64,000 bases of DNA from an uncultured Planctomycetia bacterium (GCA_964373505.1 CAYJVC010000003.1:11336-75335), one strand, 5' to 3'; shown: positions 8,965-18,025, numbered from the stretch's first letter. The notes: generated by a model not told the origin, from the sequence alone. Numbers and translations: made by a program.

Positions 8965-9035
8965 CCCCATCCCCTGATTTGTCCGCCGGAGGCGGACCGA
9001 TTGCACAGCAATCGAAGAAATTAGGGGATGGGGTG
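8962..9035 (+). repeat. Family-1 intercistronic palindromic element E7 (TGACCCCATCCCCTGATTT ... AAATTAGGGGATGGGGTG)
   Basis: The left arm begins with the ctaB stop codon TGA at 8962. The right arm ends with an in-frame GTG at 9033. An internal hairpin GTCCGCCGGAGGCGGAC is present. Confidence 0.6.
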
Positions 9036-9629
9036 GGCGCTAAACAGGAAAAAGGCTTAACGGCGGTGCTCTGGTGGCTGGGTTGGATCCTTTTGACCAT
9101 CCTCTCATTCTTTGCATCCTGCTACTTTTGGACCCTATTTATCGCCAAAAATGTGGGCGGCATGGACAAACCCGGTGTGCCCATTTTGTGGGTTACGGCG
9201 GTCTTTGGAAGCTGGATGGTGCTTCTGGTGCCTCTTATCATTCTCATGTACAGCAAAGTGGATAAGGCTTATGAAGACGCGAGGATCGCGCGCGAAACCG
9301 GAGCGCTCGATAAAGCTAAAACGGCCTTTCGGGTGAGAAGCGTGCTCATTGAGGTTGAAAAAAGGATGCTGGACAAGACGCTCTCCCGAAAACTCAAGAC
9401 ATTTCCCGAAACCTTAAAAAGGGCCCATCTTGTCACCGCGGTCTTGAATGATGGAAGAAAGATCGAAAATGTCTTTGTCGTAAACCGCCGGGAAGTGCTC
9501 GGAGTCTACGATAAAGACGCGCTGGATTTTGAGATAAAGGATATCGCGGACTTAAGCCCCACGGACCTTGACCGTTTGCCCGACTTTAGATCCGAAAAAT
9601 GGCTCAGGCTCGACGGGGTGGGAGCTTAG
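9033..9629 (+). CDS. Small membrane protein (two transmembrane helices plus a soluble C-terminal domain), hypothetical
   Basis: Two hydrophobic helices (LTAVLWWLGWILLTILSFF, VTAVFGSWMVLLVPLIILM). The start is ambiguous between the ATG at 8961, which overlaps the ctaB stop as ATGA, and the GTG at 9033 predicted by the family-1 pattern. Confidence 0.5.
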   Translation: MGAKQEKGLTAVLWWLGWILLTILSFFASCYFWTLFIAKNVGGMDKPGVPILWVTAVFGSWMVLLVPLIILMYSKVDKAYEDARIARETGALDKAKTAFRVRSVLIEVEKRMLDKTLSRKLKTFPETLKRAHLVTAVLNDGRKIENVFVVNRREVLGVYDKDALDFEIKDIADLSPTDLDRLPDFRSEKWLRLDGVGA

Positions 9630-9633
9630 TGAA

Positions 9634-9996
9634 ATGAACACGTCAGCGGAGCAGGCGGCGAATAAAGCCGCGCAGATCATGGCGGAGCGGGACCAGAAAC
9701 CTCCGCGTAAAAAAACTCCTCCCAAGCTCGCCGTCATTGAACAAAGCGGCTGCACCGGATGCGAAGCCTGTATCGTCTTTTGCCCCGTGGACTGTATTGA
9801 GATCGTGCCGGGAATAAATTTTCATCCGCAAGTACAGCAGGTCGTGGAAGTGGACCTTGCGCGGTGCATCGGCTGCGCGCTTTGCGCGAAAAACTGCCCC
9901 TGGGACACGATCGAGATGCTGCCCACCGAGCAGGCGCTTAAAGAGGCTCCTTCCTACACGCTCAAAAGCGTCTGCGGTCAGGGGACAGCAACCTAG
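9634..9996 (+). CDS. 2x[4Fe-4S] ferredoxin
   Basis: Two CxxCxxCxxxCP clusters (CTGCEACIVFCP and CIGCALCAKNCP). GGTGGGAG ribosome-binding site before the ATG at 9634. Confidence 0.8.
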   Translation: MNTSAEQAANKAAQIMAERDQKPPRKKTPPKLAVIEQSGCTGCEACIVFCPVDCIEIVPGINFHPQVQQVVEVDLARCIGCALCAKNCPWDTIEMLPTEQALKEAPSYTLKSVCGQGTAT

Positions 9997-10934
9997 GCGC
10001 CGAGGCGCTTTTCTATGAAGTCGGCGACTTTTGCTTCCGTCCGTGTTTTGTTGAGAAAATTGAGTTCCGGAATACCTGCGGGGCTCGTCACATTCACTTC
10101 GGTAAGATAGTCCCCGATCACGTCGATCCCCGTAAAATAAAGGCCGTGCTTCAATAAAAGCGGCGCTAGGTCATGCACGAGCTTCTTGTCGTGCACCGTC
10201 AAGGCGGCTTTGTGCATTGTCCCGCCGGTGGAGAGGTTGGCCCTGAAATCATGGCGCGGCGGTCGGCGCAAAAAAGCGCCGAGCGGCTCGCCATTCAATA
10301 GGACGATCCTCTTATCTCCGTACTTGTCCGCCGAAATAAATCGCTGGATCATCACTTTTTCATACCCCGCATGAGTGGCCGTATTAAGAAGGGAGGCCAG
10401 GTTCCGGTCGCCGCGGGCCGTGGTAAAAATTCCTTTGCCCCCTTTTTCATTCAAAGGCTTTACGACCACTTCAAACCGGGCCGCATCAACAAACGCCCTT
10501 GCGCGCAAAGGACTCTCGGTCACGAGAGTCTCCGGAGCATATTTTTTAAACCTTAAACTGAAAAGCTTCTCATTGGAAATGGCGATCCCTGAAGGGTCAT
10601 TTAGCACAAAAACCTTGTTATTAATGCTCTCCAAAAGCTGCAACGCATAGAGATAAGCGTTGTCAAACGGCGGTTCCTTGCGGATAAAAATGCAGTCCAA
10701 GCCCGCCAGATCCGACGGTTTCTTTGAAAGAGGGGAGGGGATGAAGCCCTTCCGAAGGCTTAGCCGTGCCGGGCGTGTGTAGGCCTTGGGCGAGCCCTCC
10801 AACCATAGAAGATCCTCGCTCTCAAAATAAGACACCTCATGCCCCCGCCTTTGAAGCTCACGCATGATCCAGAAGGAGGAATCCTCATTGGCCTTCACGT
10901 TCTGGGTCGGGTAAAGCAAAAAAGAGATTCTCAT
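9993..10934 (-). CDS. gshB: Glutathione synthetase (ATP-grasp, GshB-type)
   Basis: Matches the prokaryotic GshB/RimK ATP-grasp fold (GEPLGAFLRRP...NLSTGGT). Start taken at MRISFLL. Confidence 0.75.
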   Translation of the reverse strand: MRISFLLYPTQNVKANEDSSFWIMRELQRRGHEVSYFESEDLLWLEGSPKAYTRPARLSLRKGFIPSPLSKKPSDLAGLDCIFIRKEPPFDNAYLYALQLLESINNKVFVLNDPSGIAISNEKLFSLRFKKYAPETLVTESPLRARAFVDAARFEVVVKPLNEKGGKGIFTTARGDRNLASLLNTATHAGYEKVMIQRFISADKYGDKRIVLLNGEPLGAFLRRPPRHDFRANLSTGGTMHKAALTVHDKKLVHDLAPLLLKHGLYFTGIDVIGDYLTEVNVTSPAGIPELNFLNKTRTEAKVADFIEKRLGA

Positions 10935-10972
10935 GTCAGGGTTTTTATTATAGCATAGACAAGGAGGCAAGA

Positions 10973-12328
10973 ATGAGCCTGCAAACCACCGACATTCAAC
11001 TGACTATTGACGACCTCGAGCGCACTTTCACGGCGGGTTTTAAAAAACCGCGCGATTTCCAGGTCGGCGTCGAATGGGAAAAGATCGCTGTCTACAAGGA
11101 TTCCGGTAAAGCCATAAGCTACTCGGGCGCACGGGGTGTGACCGCAATTTTTAAAGCGCTTATCGGCCAATTCGGCTGGGAGCCGGTCACTTCCGATCAA
11201 AACATCATCGCGCTTAAAAAACAAAATTCCTCGATCACGCTGGAACCCGGCGGGCAGATCGAGCTGAGCGGCCAAAAAGCATTCTCGCTTGACGACAATG
11301 CGCTTGAGCTCTACGCGCACCTTGAGGAATTGAAGAAGGTTTCGGACCCATTGGGCATCGCCTGGCTTGGGCTGGGCGTCCAACCCATGAGCCGGCTCGA
11401 CGAGATCGAATGGGTGCCGAAGAAGCGCTACGACATCATGCGCGAGGCGCTCAAATATAACGGAGAGCTCACTTACCGCATGATGAAACAAACCGCGTCG
11501 ATCCAAGTTTCGCTCGACACTGCGGACGAAAAAGACGCCATCCAGAAATTGCGCCTGGGCCTGGCGCTTTCACCCGTGCTCACAGGAATTTTTGCGAACT
11601 CCCCGGTGCTGGAGGGCAATGTAAGCCCGTTTTTATCCGCACGCGCGCACATCTGGTCCCACACCGCCCCCGAGCGGACCGGCATTCTCGCGAAGATCTT
11701 CGACTCGGATTTTACGCTGAAAGATTATGTGGATCATGCGCTCGAGGTGCCGCTTCTTTTCATCGTGCGAGGTGAACAATGGATCCCCGGCGACGGTATT
11801 TCCTTCGGCACCTTTTTAAAGAAAGGCCACTATGCGCATACCGCGACCCTCGAGGATTGGAACTTGCACCTGACCACTCTATTCACGGAGGCAAGGCTTA
11901 AGCACTACGTGGAGATAAGAAGCGCCGACTGCCAGAACAAGGAGCTGGGCCTTTCGATCCCGGCGTTCCTGAAGGGGATTTTTTACAGTAAGCGTTCGAT
12001 GAATAAGGTCTGGGAAAAACTCGCACCCTACTCCATCAAAGAGCGGCTGGCGCTGGCCGTCCAAGCGTCAAAAAAAGGCCTGGAGACGTCCTTCGGGAAT
12101 CAAAAATTAGCAGACTTGGCGTGGGAATTCTTGGCGCTGGCCGAAGAAGGGCTAAAAGAGCTTTCACTTCAAAATCCGGCGTTGAGCAACGACTCCCAGT
12201 ACCTGGCGCCGCTTAAAAACCTGCTCCGCGGGAGCCTGACACCCGCCGAGATCCTGCTCCGTTGTTTTCGAAGCGCCTCGTCCCGACAGGAAAAGGTGGA
12301 AAAGATCCTCCGCTGTGCGGCTATCTGA
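10973..12328 (+). CDS. gshA: Glutamate--cysteine ligase (plant/cyanobacterial-type GCS2 family)
   Basis: Transcribed divergently from gshB. Length and motifs (EPGGQIELSG, HYVEIRSAD) fit GCS family 2. Confidence 0.65.
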   Translation: MSLQTTDIQLTIDDLERTFTAGFKKPRDFQVGVEWEKIAVYKDSGKAISYSGARGVTAIFKALIGQFGWEPVTSDQNIIALKKQNSSITLEPGGQIELSGQKAFSLDDNALELYAHLEELKKVSDPLGIAWLGLGVQPMSRLDEIEWVPKKRYDIMREALKYNGELTYRMMKQTASIQVSLDTADEKDAIQKLRLGLALSPVLTGIFANSPVLEGNVSPFLSARAHIWSHTAPERTGILAKIFDSDFTLKDYVDHALEVPLLFIVRGEQWIPGDGISFGTFLKKGHYAHTATLEDWNLHLTTLFTEARLKHYVEIRSADCQNKELGLSIPAFLKGIFYSKRSMNKVWEKLAPYSIKERLALAVQASKKGLETSFGNQKLADLAWEFLALAEEGLKELSLQNPALSNDSQYLAPLKNLLRGSLTPAEILLRCFRSASSRQEKVEKILRCAAI

Positions 12329-12331
12329 GCA

Positions 12332-13105
12332 CTAACTCCTTAACTTATAACCGCTCCTGAAGAGTTTTTCGACGGCAATGAAGAGCCCGACGGCCAGCGT
12401 CCCGGCCAGGCCCATGCTGAAAGCCACGTTCACATCCGAGATGCCCAACATCCCGTAGCGCAGGCCGTTCACAAGGTAGAAAATAGGGTTCAGCTTCGTG
12501 AAAGCCTGAAGAGGCGCCGGCACCATCTCGAGGCTGTGGAACACGCCGCCGAAGTAAATAAGCGGGGTGAGCACGAAAGTGCCCCAGAGGGACAGCTTTT
12601 CAAAGCCTTCGGCCCACAACCCCGCCATAAGCCCAAGGCATGAAAATATGACCGTCACCACCACGAAAAAGTAGATCACGATCCAGACGTTAAAGAATAC
12701 GAACCGCGTAAAAATAAGCGACACGAGGTAAACGCCGGAAGCGGCCAAAATTCCCCTCGAGACGCCGCCGACCAGGAGCCCCAACACCATTTCGAAATAG
12801 GAGAGCGGCGACAACAGCACTTCCTGAATGTGGTTGTGCCAGCGAGAGATGAAGAGGGAAGAGGAGGTATTTGTGTAGGAGCCTTCGATGAGGTGCATCA
12901 TCACAAGCCCCGGCACCATAAAGGAAATGTAGTTGACGCCGGCTACCGCGAGGTTCATATTGCGTCCTATCGAAAATCCGAACACAAAAATAAAAAGCGC
13001 CGAAGAAATGAGCGGCGGCACGATCGTCTGGGTGAACACGACGAAAAACCTCAACACTTCTCTTTTCACGAGCGTCCGAAAACCCACCGGATTGCTAAAC
13101 AACAT
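12332..13105 (-). CDS. ABC-2 type transporter permease
   Basis: Six hydrophobic helices. Translationally coupled to the upstream ATPase gene. Confidence 0.75.
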   Translation of the reverse strand: MLFSNPVGFRTLVKREVLRFFVVFTQTIVPPLISSALFIFVFGFSIGRNMNLAVAGVNYISFMVPGLVMMHLIEGSYTNTSSSLFISRWHNHIQEVLLSPLSYFEMVLGLLVGGVSRGILAASGVYLVSLIFTRFVFFNVWIVIYFFVVVTVIFSCLGLMAGLWAEGFEKLSLWGTFVLTPLIYFGGVFHSLEMVPAPLQAFTKLNPIFYLVNGLRYGMLGISDVNVAFSMGLAGTLAVGLFIAVEKLFRSGYKLRS

Positions 13106-13880
13106 CTCCGGCCTCCCGTTCCACTTCCTCCGTGAGCTGTAAAAACATCGTCTCGAGGCTTTGGTTCTGCGTCAGGGATTTCTTGTCGCCGTCATGGACA
13201 ATGCGGCCTTTGTGGATGATGATCACGTTCTTCGCGAGCCGCTCGGCTTCTTCCATGTAATGCGTGGTCAAAAAAATAGTTTTGCCGTTCTTATTGATCT
13301 CCTCGAGATACTGCCAAATATGGTGTTTAAGTTCCAGGTCGGCGCCGGCCGTCGGTTCGTCCAAAATAAGTATTTTTGGGTCATGGATGAGCGCCCGGCA
13401 GATCAGGAGCCGCCGTTTCATGCCGCCGGAGAGTTTCCGAAAATCCATGTCCTTTTTTTCGAATAACCGAAACCGCTCGAGAAGCGCGCGCGAACGTTTG
13501 ACAGCCTCGATCTCCGGGATCCCAAAATATCCCGCCTGATAAACGAGCACCTGCTCAAGGGTCAAAAAGGGGTCAAAATTGAACTCCTGGGGACAGAGTC
13601 CGATCAAAGGCCGTGTGCTTCGGTAATCGCGAACAACGTCGTTCCCAAACACACGCACGGAACCCTGTTGGAAATTGCAAAGACCGGTGATCGAATGAAT
13701 TGTCGTCGTCTTGCCGGCGCCGTTCGGTCCCAAGAACGCCACAAAGTCCCCGGGCTCCACTTGGAAGCTGATCCCGTCGACCGCCTTAAAATCGCGGTAG
13801 TACTTCACAAGACCCTGGATCTGGATAGCGGCTTCCGGCATAGAGCCTTTTATCATAAACAAAGAAAGCTTAACCGTCAA
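13095..13880 (-). CDS. ABC transporter ATP-binding protein
   Basis: Walker A GPNGAGKTT, signature LSGGMKRRL and Walker B ILILDEP. The true start may be an internal Met (MPEAAIQ). Confidence 0.85.
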   Translation of the reverse strand: MTVKLSLFMIKGSMPEAAIQIQGLVKYYRDFKAVDGISFQVEPGDFVAFLGPNGAGKTTTIHSITGLCNFQQGSVRVFGNDVVRDYRSTRPLIGLCPQEFNFDPFLTLEQVLVYQAGYFGIPEIEAVKRSRALLERFRLFEKKDMDFRKLSGGMKRRLLICRALIHDPKILILDEPTAGADLELKHHIWQYLEEINKNGKTIFLTTHYMEEAERLAKNVIIIHKGRIVHDGDKKSLTQNQSLETMFLQLTEEVEREAGDVV

Positions 13881-13903
13881 AAAAATTTGCTATAATACCC
13901 CGC

Positions 13904-14533
13904 ATGAAAAAACCTCCGCCCTCAAAAAAGATCAAGGCACTTTTGTTCGACCTGGGAAAAGTGATCCTTGATTTTGATTTTGAGCCGGCGTTCGAGCGCC
14001 TGGCGAAACACTGCCCGCTGCGGCGGGCCGAAATAAGGGCCTATTTCCTGCGCTCCGGCCTCGAAGTGCTTTACGACGGAGGCCGGCTTTCGTCGCTCGA
14101 GTTCCACCGGCAGGTGAAAAAAGGGCTGGATCACCGGCTTGACTTTAAACGCTTCAAAAAAATATGGAATGAGATATTTACGCCCAACCCCGAAGTGGCC
14201 GACATCATCCGGAGCGCCCGACAAGCTTACCGGCTCGTGCTTATTTCCAACACCAACGCGATGCATTTTGACTATATCCGCATGAAATACCCGCTGCTCA
14301 ATTATTTTGACCGCTTTGTTCTCTCCTACAAGGAAAAGACGCGCAAGCCGGACCCCAAAATCTATAAAAAGGCGATCCGAGCCTGCCGCGCCAGGCCCGA
14401 GGAGATCCTGTACATCGATGACCGCGAGGATCTGATCGAAGCCGCGGCGGCGCTCGGATTGCATACTTTCACTTTCAAGAGAAATCCGGCCGAGCTCCGT
14501 AAAAAAATGACGGCGTTGGGCATCCGGCCGTGA
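13904..14533 (+). CDS. HAD-superfamily hydrolase (subfamily IA)
   Basis: FDLGKV motif (DxG) at the N-terminus and YIDD near the C-terminus. TATAAT lies 16 nt upstream of the ATG, so the leader is short. Confidence 0.7.
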   Translation: MKKPPPSKKIKALLFDLGKVILDFDFEPAFERLAKHCPLRRAEIRAYFLRSGLEVLYDGGRLSSLEFHRQVKKGLDHRLDFKRFKKIWNEIFTPNPEVADIIRSARQAYRLVLISNTNAMHFDYIRMKYPLLNYFDRFVLSYKEKTRKPDPKIYKKAIRACRARPEEILYIDDREDLIEAAAALGLHTFTFKRNPAELRKKMTALGIRP

Positions 14534-15393
14534 GCGCTTCCTCCCGGGACCTCGCCCAAGTCGCCACGAAAGCCGCACGGCTCGCCGGGAGACTGCTCAT
14601 GGCTTCTTACGGAAAGTTAAAGAACTCCCAGATCAGCACAAAGTCAAAAAACGACTTCGTCACCGACCTGGACAAAAGATCCGAGGGGATCATCGTTTCC
14701 GTGATCAAGGAGCATTTTCCGAATCACGGGATCCTGGCTGAAGAAGGGGGCCTCGGAAAAGGGGACGGGACACTCTGGATCATCGACCCGCTCGACGGCA
14801 CCTCCAACTACATCCACCAGTTCCCTATGTTCTCAGTTTCCATCGGCGTGTTGCGGGAAAATACGCTCCGGGCCGGCGTGATCTACGACCCCCTTCACAA
14901 AGAAATGTTCACGGCCCAAAAAGGCAAAGGCGCATTCCTGAACGGTAAAAGGGTTCGTGTGACGCGCGTGAAACGGCTGGCCGACAGCCTCATGGCCACC
15001 GGCATCCCGTTCAGGGCGCGCGACCGTTTCGACGAGTATTTAAAATCATTCGAAAAGATATCCCTGGGCAGCGTGGGTTTAAGGCGCGGGGGTTCGGCGG
15101 CGCTGGACCTGGCCTATGTCGCCTGCGGACGATTCGACGGCTTCTGGGAGATCAACCTGTCACCCTGGGACATCGCGGCGGGCGCTTTGATCATTGAGGA
15201 AGCCGGAGGCCGGGTGACCGACCTATGGGGAAACCCGGATTACCTCAAAAGCGGGGATATCCTCGCATCCAACGGCCTTATCCACCATGAGCTTCGCAAG
15301 ATCACTTTAAGAACCTTCACCCAACTTCACCGGAACAAGTTATCCTCCTTCGCTAAAGCTTCGGAGGATGAGCAACATTGCATAAGGCTATAA
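14530..15393 (+). CDS. suhB: Inositol monophosphatase family protein
   Basis: WIIDPLDGTSNY and WDIAAG motifs. Confidence 0.85.
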   Translation: MSASSRDLAQVATKAARLAGRLLMASYGKLKNSQISTKSKNDFVTDLDKRSEGIIVSVIKEHFPNHGILAEEGGLGKGDGTLWIIDPLDGTSNYIHQFPMFSVSIGVLRENTLRAGVIYDPLHKEMFTAQKGKGAFLNGKRVRVTRVKRLADSLMATGIPFRARDRFDEYLKSFEKISLGSVGLRRGGSAALDLAYVACGRFDGFWEINLSPWDIAAGALIIEEAGGRVTDLWGNPDYLKSGDILASNGLIHHELRKITLRTFTQLHRNKLSSFAKASEDEQHCIRL

Positions 15394-15406
15394 TTTTGGA
15401 GCGCTC

Positions 15407-15847
15407 ATGCCTCTCTTCCTAGAAGACGATCATATGTGCTACGCCTGCGGCCCCGAGAACCCGCAGGGTCTTAAGATCAAGTTTGAGCATCCCGGCAAAG
15501 GAGTGCTCCGGGCAGCCGTCGTCTTTTCCAAGCACCACCAGGGTTTCAAGAACATCGTGCACGGGGGTATGATGGCACTGGTGCTGGATGAAATGATGGT
15601 CAATCTGGCCTGGAGAGAGGGTATCCCGGCCATTACAGGTGAACTCCGGGTCAGGCTGGTAAAAGCGGCTAAAATAGGCCAAAAAGTGCATTTGGAGGGT
15701 CGTTTGGAGGGCGGGGGGGAGGGCAAAAAGGTGTTCCATACCACCGCCACGGCCAAGGACGACTCCGGGGAGCTTTTGGCCGCCGCCAAAGCCACCTGCA
15801 TCCGGATCAAGGAGCACAACATCCGGCTTGAAAATAACGAACTATAA
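15407..15847 (+). CDS. PaaI/hotdog-fold thioesterase
   Basis: HGGMMALVLDE hotdog active-site region and an N-terminal C-x2-C motif. Confidence 0.6.
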   Translation: MPLFLEDDHMCYACGPENPQGLKIKFEHPGKGVLRAAVVFSKHHQGFKNIVHGGMMALVLDEMMVNLAWREGIPAITGELRVRLVKAAKIGQKVHLEGRLEGGGEGKKVFHTTATAKDDSGELLAAAKATCIRIKEHNIRLENNEL

Positions 15848-15958
15848 AACGAACTATAAAATCTTGAAGCGGCTTTGAAATCGAGTTAGACTGAATGGGC
15901 TTGGAAATATTGGGAAAAGCCCATTCATCCTGAGCGAAGCGAAGGATCTCTAAATAAC

Positions 15959-16138
15959 ATGCCGTACATTTCTCTAAGACTCATCGGAAAACTGTCCAAA
16001 GAACAAAAGACCCAGATCGCCAAAGAGTTCTGCGATACGCTTGAAAAGATCGCGGGCAAACCCAGGAATTCGACGTACCTGGTGTTCGACGAGGTCGATA
16101 AGGAAAACTGGGCGCACGGCGATAAGCTGTTCGGTTAA
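15959..16138 (+). CDS. 4-oxalocrotonate tautomerase family protein, 59 aa (absent from the ORF track because it is under 60 aa)
   Basis: Begins MPYISLRLIGKLSKEQKTQIAKEF, the Pro-1 tautomerase fold, and ends with TAA at 16136-16138. Confidence 0.5.
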   Translation: MPYISLRLIGKLSKEQKTQIAKEFCDTLEKIAGKPRNSTYLVFDEVDKENWAHGDKLFG

Positions 16139-16161
16139 AGCGCGATGCCAAGAACCATCCC

Positions 16162-16560
16162 ATGCCGATAGAAAAACAGCTTTCCGTGTTCATGGAAAAT
16201 AAGCCCGGCCACCTGTCAAAAATGTGCAGCACCTTGGCCGACGCGGGGATCAACATCCACGCGATGACCGTGCACGACACGGTGGACCACGCGATCGTGC
16301 GCCTCATCGTAGACGCCCCCACAAAAGCGCTTATCCTCCTGGAGGAAGAGGGCGACCATATCGTCGCGCAGGACGTCGTGGTGCTTGAAATTGAAAATAG
16401 GCCCGGCATCATCTCCCACGTCGCCAAAAAACTCTTTCGCGCGGACATCAATATCGAGTACGCGTACTGCACCGCCACGAAGAACCAGGATCTGGGGTGC
16501 CTCGTCATCAAAACCAAAGACGCCGAGCAGACCCTCGAAATTCTCGAAGGATCCCCTTAA
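16162..16560 (+). CDS. ACT-domain protein (tandem ACT)
   Basis: Two beta-alpha-beta-beta-alpha-beta ACT-like units (LSVFMENKPGHLSKM and VLEIENRPGIISHV). Confidence 0.6.
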   Translation: MPIEKQLSVFMENKPGHLSKMCSTLADAGINIHAMTVHDTVDHAIVRLIVDAPTKALILLEEEGDHIVAQDVVVLEIENRPGIISHVAKKLFRADINIEYAYCTATKNQDLGCLVIKTKDAEQTLEILEGSP

Positions 16561-16575
16561 AGAGAAACGCTTTTT

Positions 16576-17226
16576 GTGAAATTCTTACTTGCCTTTTTTC
16601 TCTTCTTTGCGTGCCTCACAAGCTGCGTCTGGGCGATCGACAAACAATCCGCGGTCGTTCGGGAAGTCCTGACCGGCGATTCCGTGCGTTTGCAGGGCGG
16701 CAAGATCCTGAAATACGCCGGCGTCCAGGCGCCGCCGCTGCAAAGTATTCTTCCGTTGGTCCGCCAGTACGGAGAGGCCTCGCGGGATTTCAACCGAAAT
16801 CTTGTCGAAAGCAAGAAGATCCTCATTGAGTGGGGTCCCCAGATCCGTGACAGCCAAAACAACCTCCTGGGCTATGTGTTCCTCGAGAACGGCACGTTCG
16901 TAAATAACGAGCTCTTGAGATTGGGCCACGCGCGCCTGCGCATGCTCCCGCCCAATACGCGATACTCGGGCACGTTCCGGCAAACGGAGATGGCCGCGCG
17001 GCGCCTGAAAAGCGGGTTGTGGAAGGAGGAGCCTGAAAACCCGTACCTAAAGAGCGAATACTTGGGGGAGAAGAACACCAAGATCTATTATTTCCCGACA
17101 TCGCCGGAGCTTGACCGCATCCCGCAGGCGCAATTGGTCATGTTCCGCTCAAGGGTCGAGGCGAAGGCCGCCGGCTACCGGCCATGCTCTACCTGCAAGG
17201 AGGACGAAAAGTCTTATTTTGAATGA
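16576..17226 (+). CDS. Secreted staphylococcal-nuclease-like (SNase) thermonuclease homologue with a C-terminal Cys-rich tail
   Basis: Signal peptide plus the SNase core (VREVLTGDSVRL, NRNLVE, GHARL). Confidence 0.6.
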   Translation: MKFLLAFFLFFACLTSCVWAIDKQSAVVREVLTGDSVRLQGGKILKYAGVQAPPLQSILPLVRQYGEASRDFNRNLVESKKILIEWGPQIRDSQNNLLGYVFLENGTFVNNELLRLGHARLRMLPPNTRYSGTFRQTEMAARRLKSGLWKEEPENPYLKSEYLGEKNTKIYYFPTSPELDRIPQAQLVMFRSRVEAKAAGYRPCSTCKEDEKSYFE

Positions 17227-17241
17227 TTTTTTTCTTATTTA

Positions 17242-17271
17242 TTGACACAATTCTGATAAATGACTTATAAT
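17242..17271 (+). promoter_or_regulatory. Sigma-70-type promoter of cspA
   Basis: TTGACA (17242-17247), an 18-bp spacer and TATAAT (17266-17271). AAGGAG ribosome-binding site at 17294-17299. Confidence 0.45.
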
Positions 17272-17308
17272 TTTTTCAACTGCCAATTACTCAAGGAGAA
17301 ATACTGAC

Positions 17309-17521
17309 ATGTCCAAAGGTGTCGTCAAGTGGTTCAGCAATCAAAAAGGTTATGGTTTTATTACCCCGGAAGGGGGAGGGAAGGACGTTTTTGTCCACCA
17401 CAGCGCCATCCAGGGCGACGGCTACAAAACTCTGGATGAGGGCCAGCCGGTGGAGTTTGAAGTTACTCAAGGCCCCAAGGGCGAGCAGGCGGCTAACGTC
17501 AAAAAGGAGCCTCAAAAATAA
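17309..17521 (+). CDS. cspA: Cold-shock protein (CspA family)
   Basis: [14 protein letters not shown] and [11 protein letters not shown] motifs. Confidence 0.9.
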   Translation: MSKGVVKWFSNQKGYGFITPEGGGKDVFVHHSAIQGDGYKTLDEGQPVEFEVTQGPKGEQAANVKKEPQK

Positions 17522-17614
17522 TAAAATAGTTTTTGGATACAGCTTCTGTTGAATTTCTTATTATTTGTGTTATACTTTGCTGGTGTTTGATCAGAAAATC
17601 TTACGGAGGCGGGC

Positions 17615-18025
17615 GTGATCGACAGTGGTAAACCCAATTTACAGGATCGCCGGGAGTACTTTAGAATAAATTTCAAGACCGCGGTGGAATTCAGGGTTTA
17701 TCCGTCCAAGTCACCGCAAGTGCAAAATGGGTCCTGCCAAAATATCAGCCAGTCCGGCATTCTTTTTCAAACGGAAAATAAGCCGCCGCAGCTCTCGAGC
17801 CTCGTATGGATGGGCTTGGATATCCGTACCTTGAGTATTTGTAAGGAAATTGAAAAGAAAGCGCTTATTCTGAACAATGGCTTGGTCGGGAAAGTGGTTC
17901 GCGTCGAGGAAGATGCGGATAACGAGAAACTATACGAGGTGGGCATTTGCTTCCTGACCCAGGACCAAAAAGACTCGCGAGAGGTTAAAGAGATCCTCAC
18001 GGAGCTCGCCAAGACCGCTCGATAA
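17615..18025 (+). CDS. PilZ-domain protein (c-di-GMP receptor)
   Basis: DRREYFRIN (RxxxR) and NISQSGILF (D/NxSxxG) motifs. Starts with GTG after GGAGG. Confidence 0.65.
   Translation: MIDSGKPNLQDRREYFRINFKTAVEFRVYPSKSPQVQNGSCQNISQSGILFQTENKPPQLSSLVWMGLDIRTLSICKEIEKKALILNNGLVGKVVRVEEDADNEKLYEVGICFLTQDQKDSREVKEILTELAKTAR

Noticed and set aside
10728-10756. AAGAGGGGAGGGGATGAAG, which resembles a family-1 arm
   Set aside because: It lies inside the gshB coding sequence, has no complementary partner arm nearby and is not at a gene junction.
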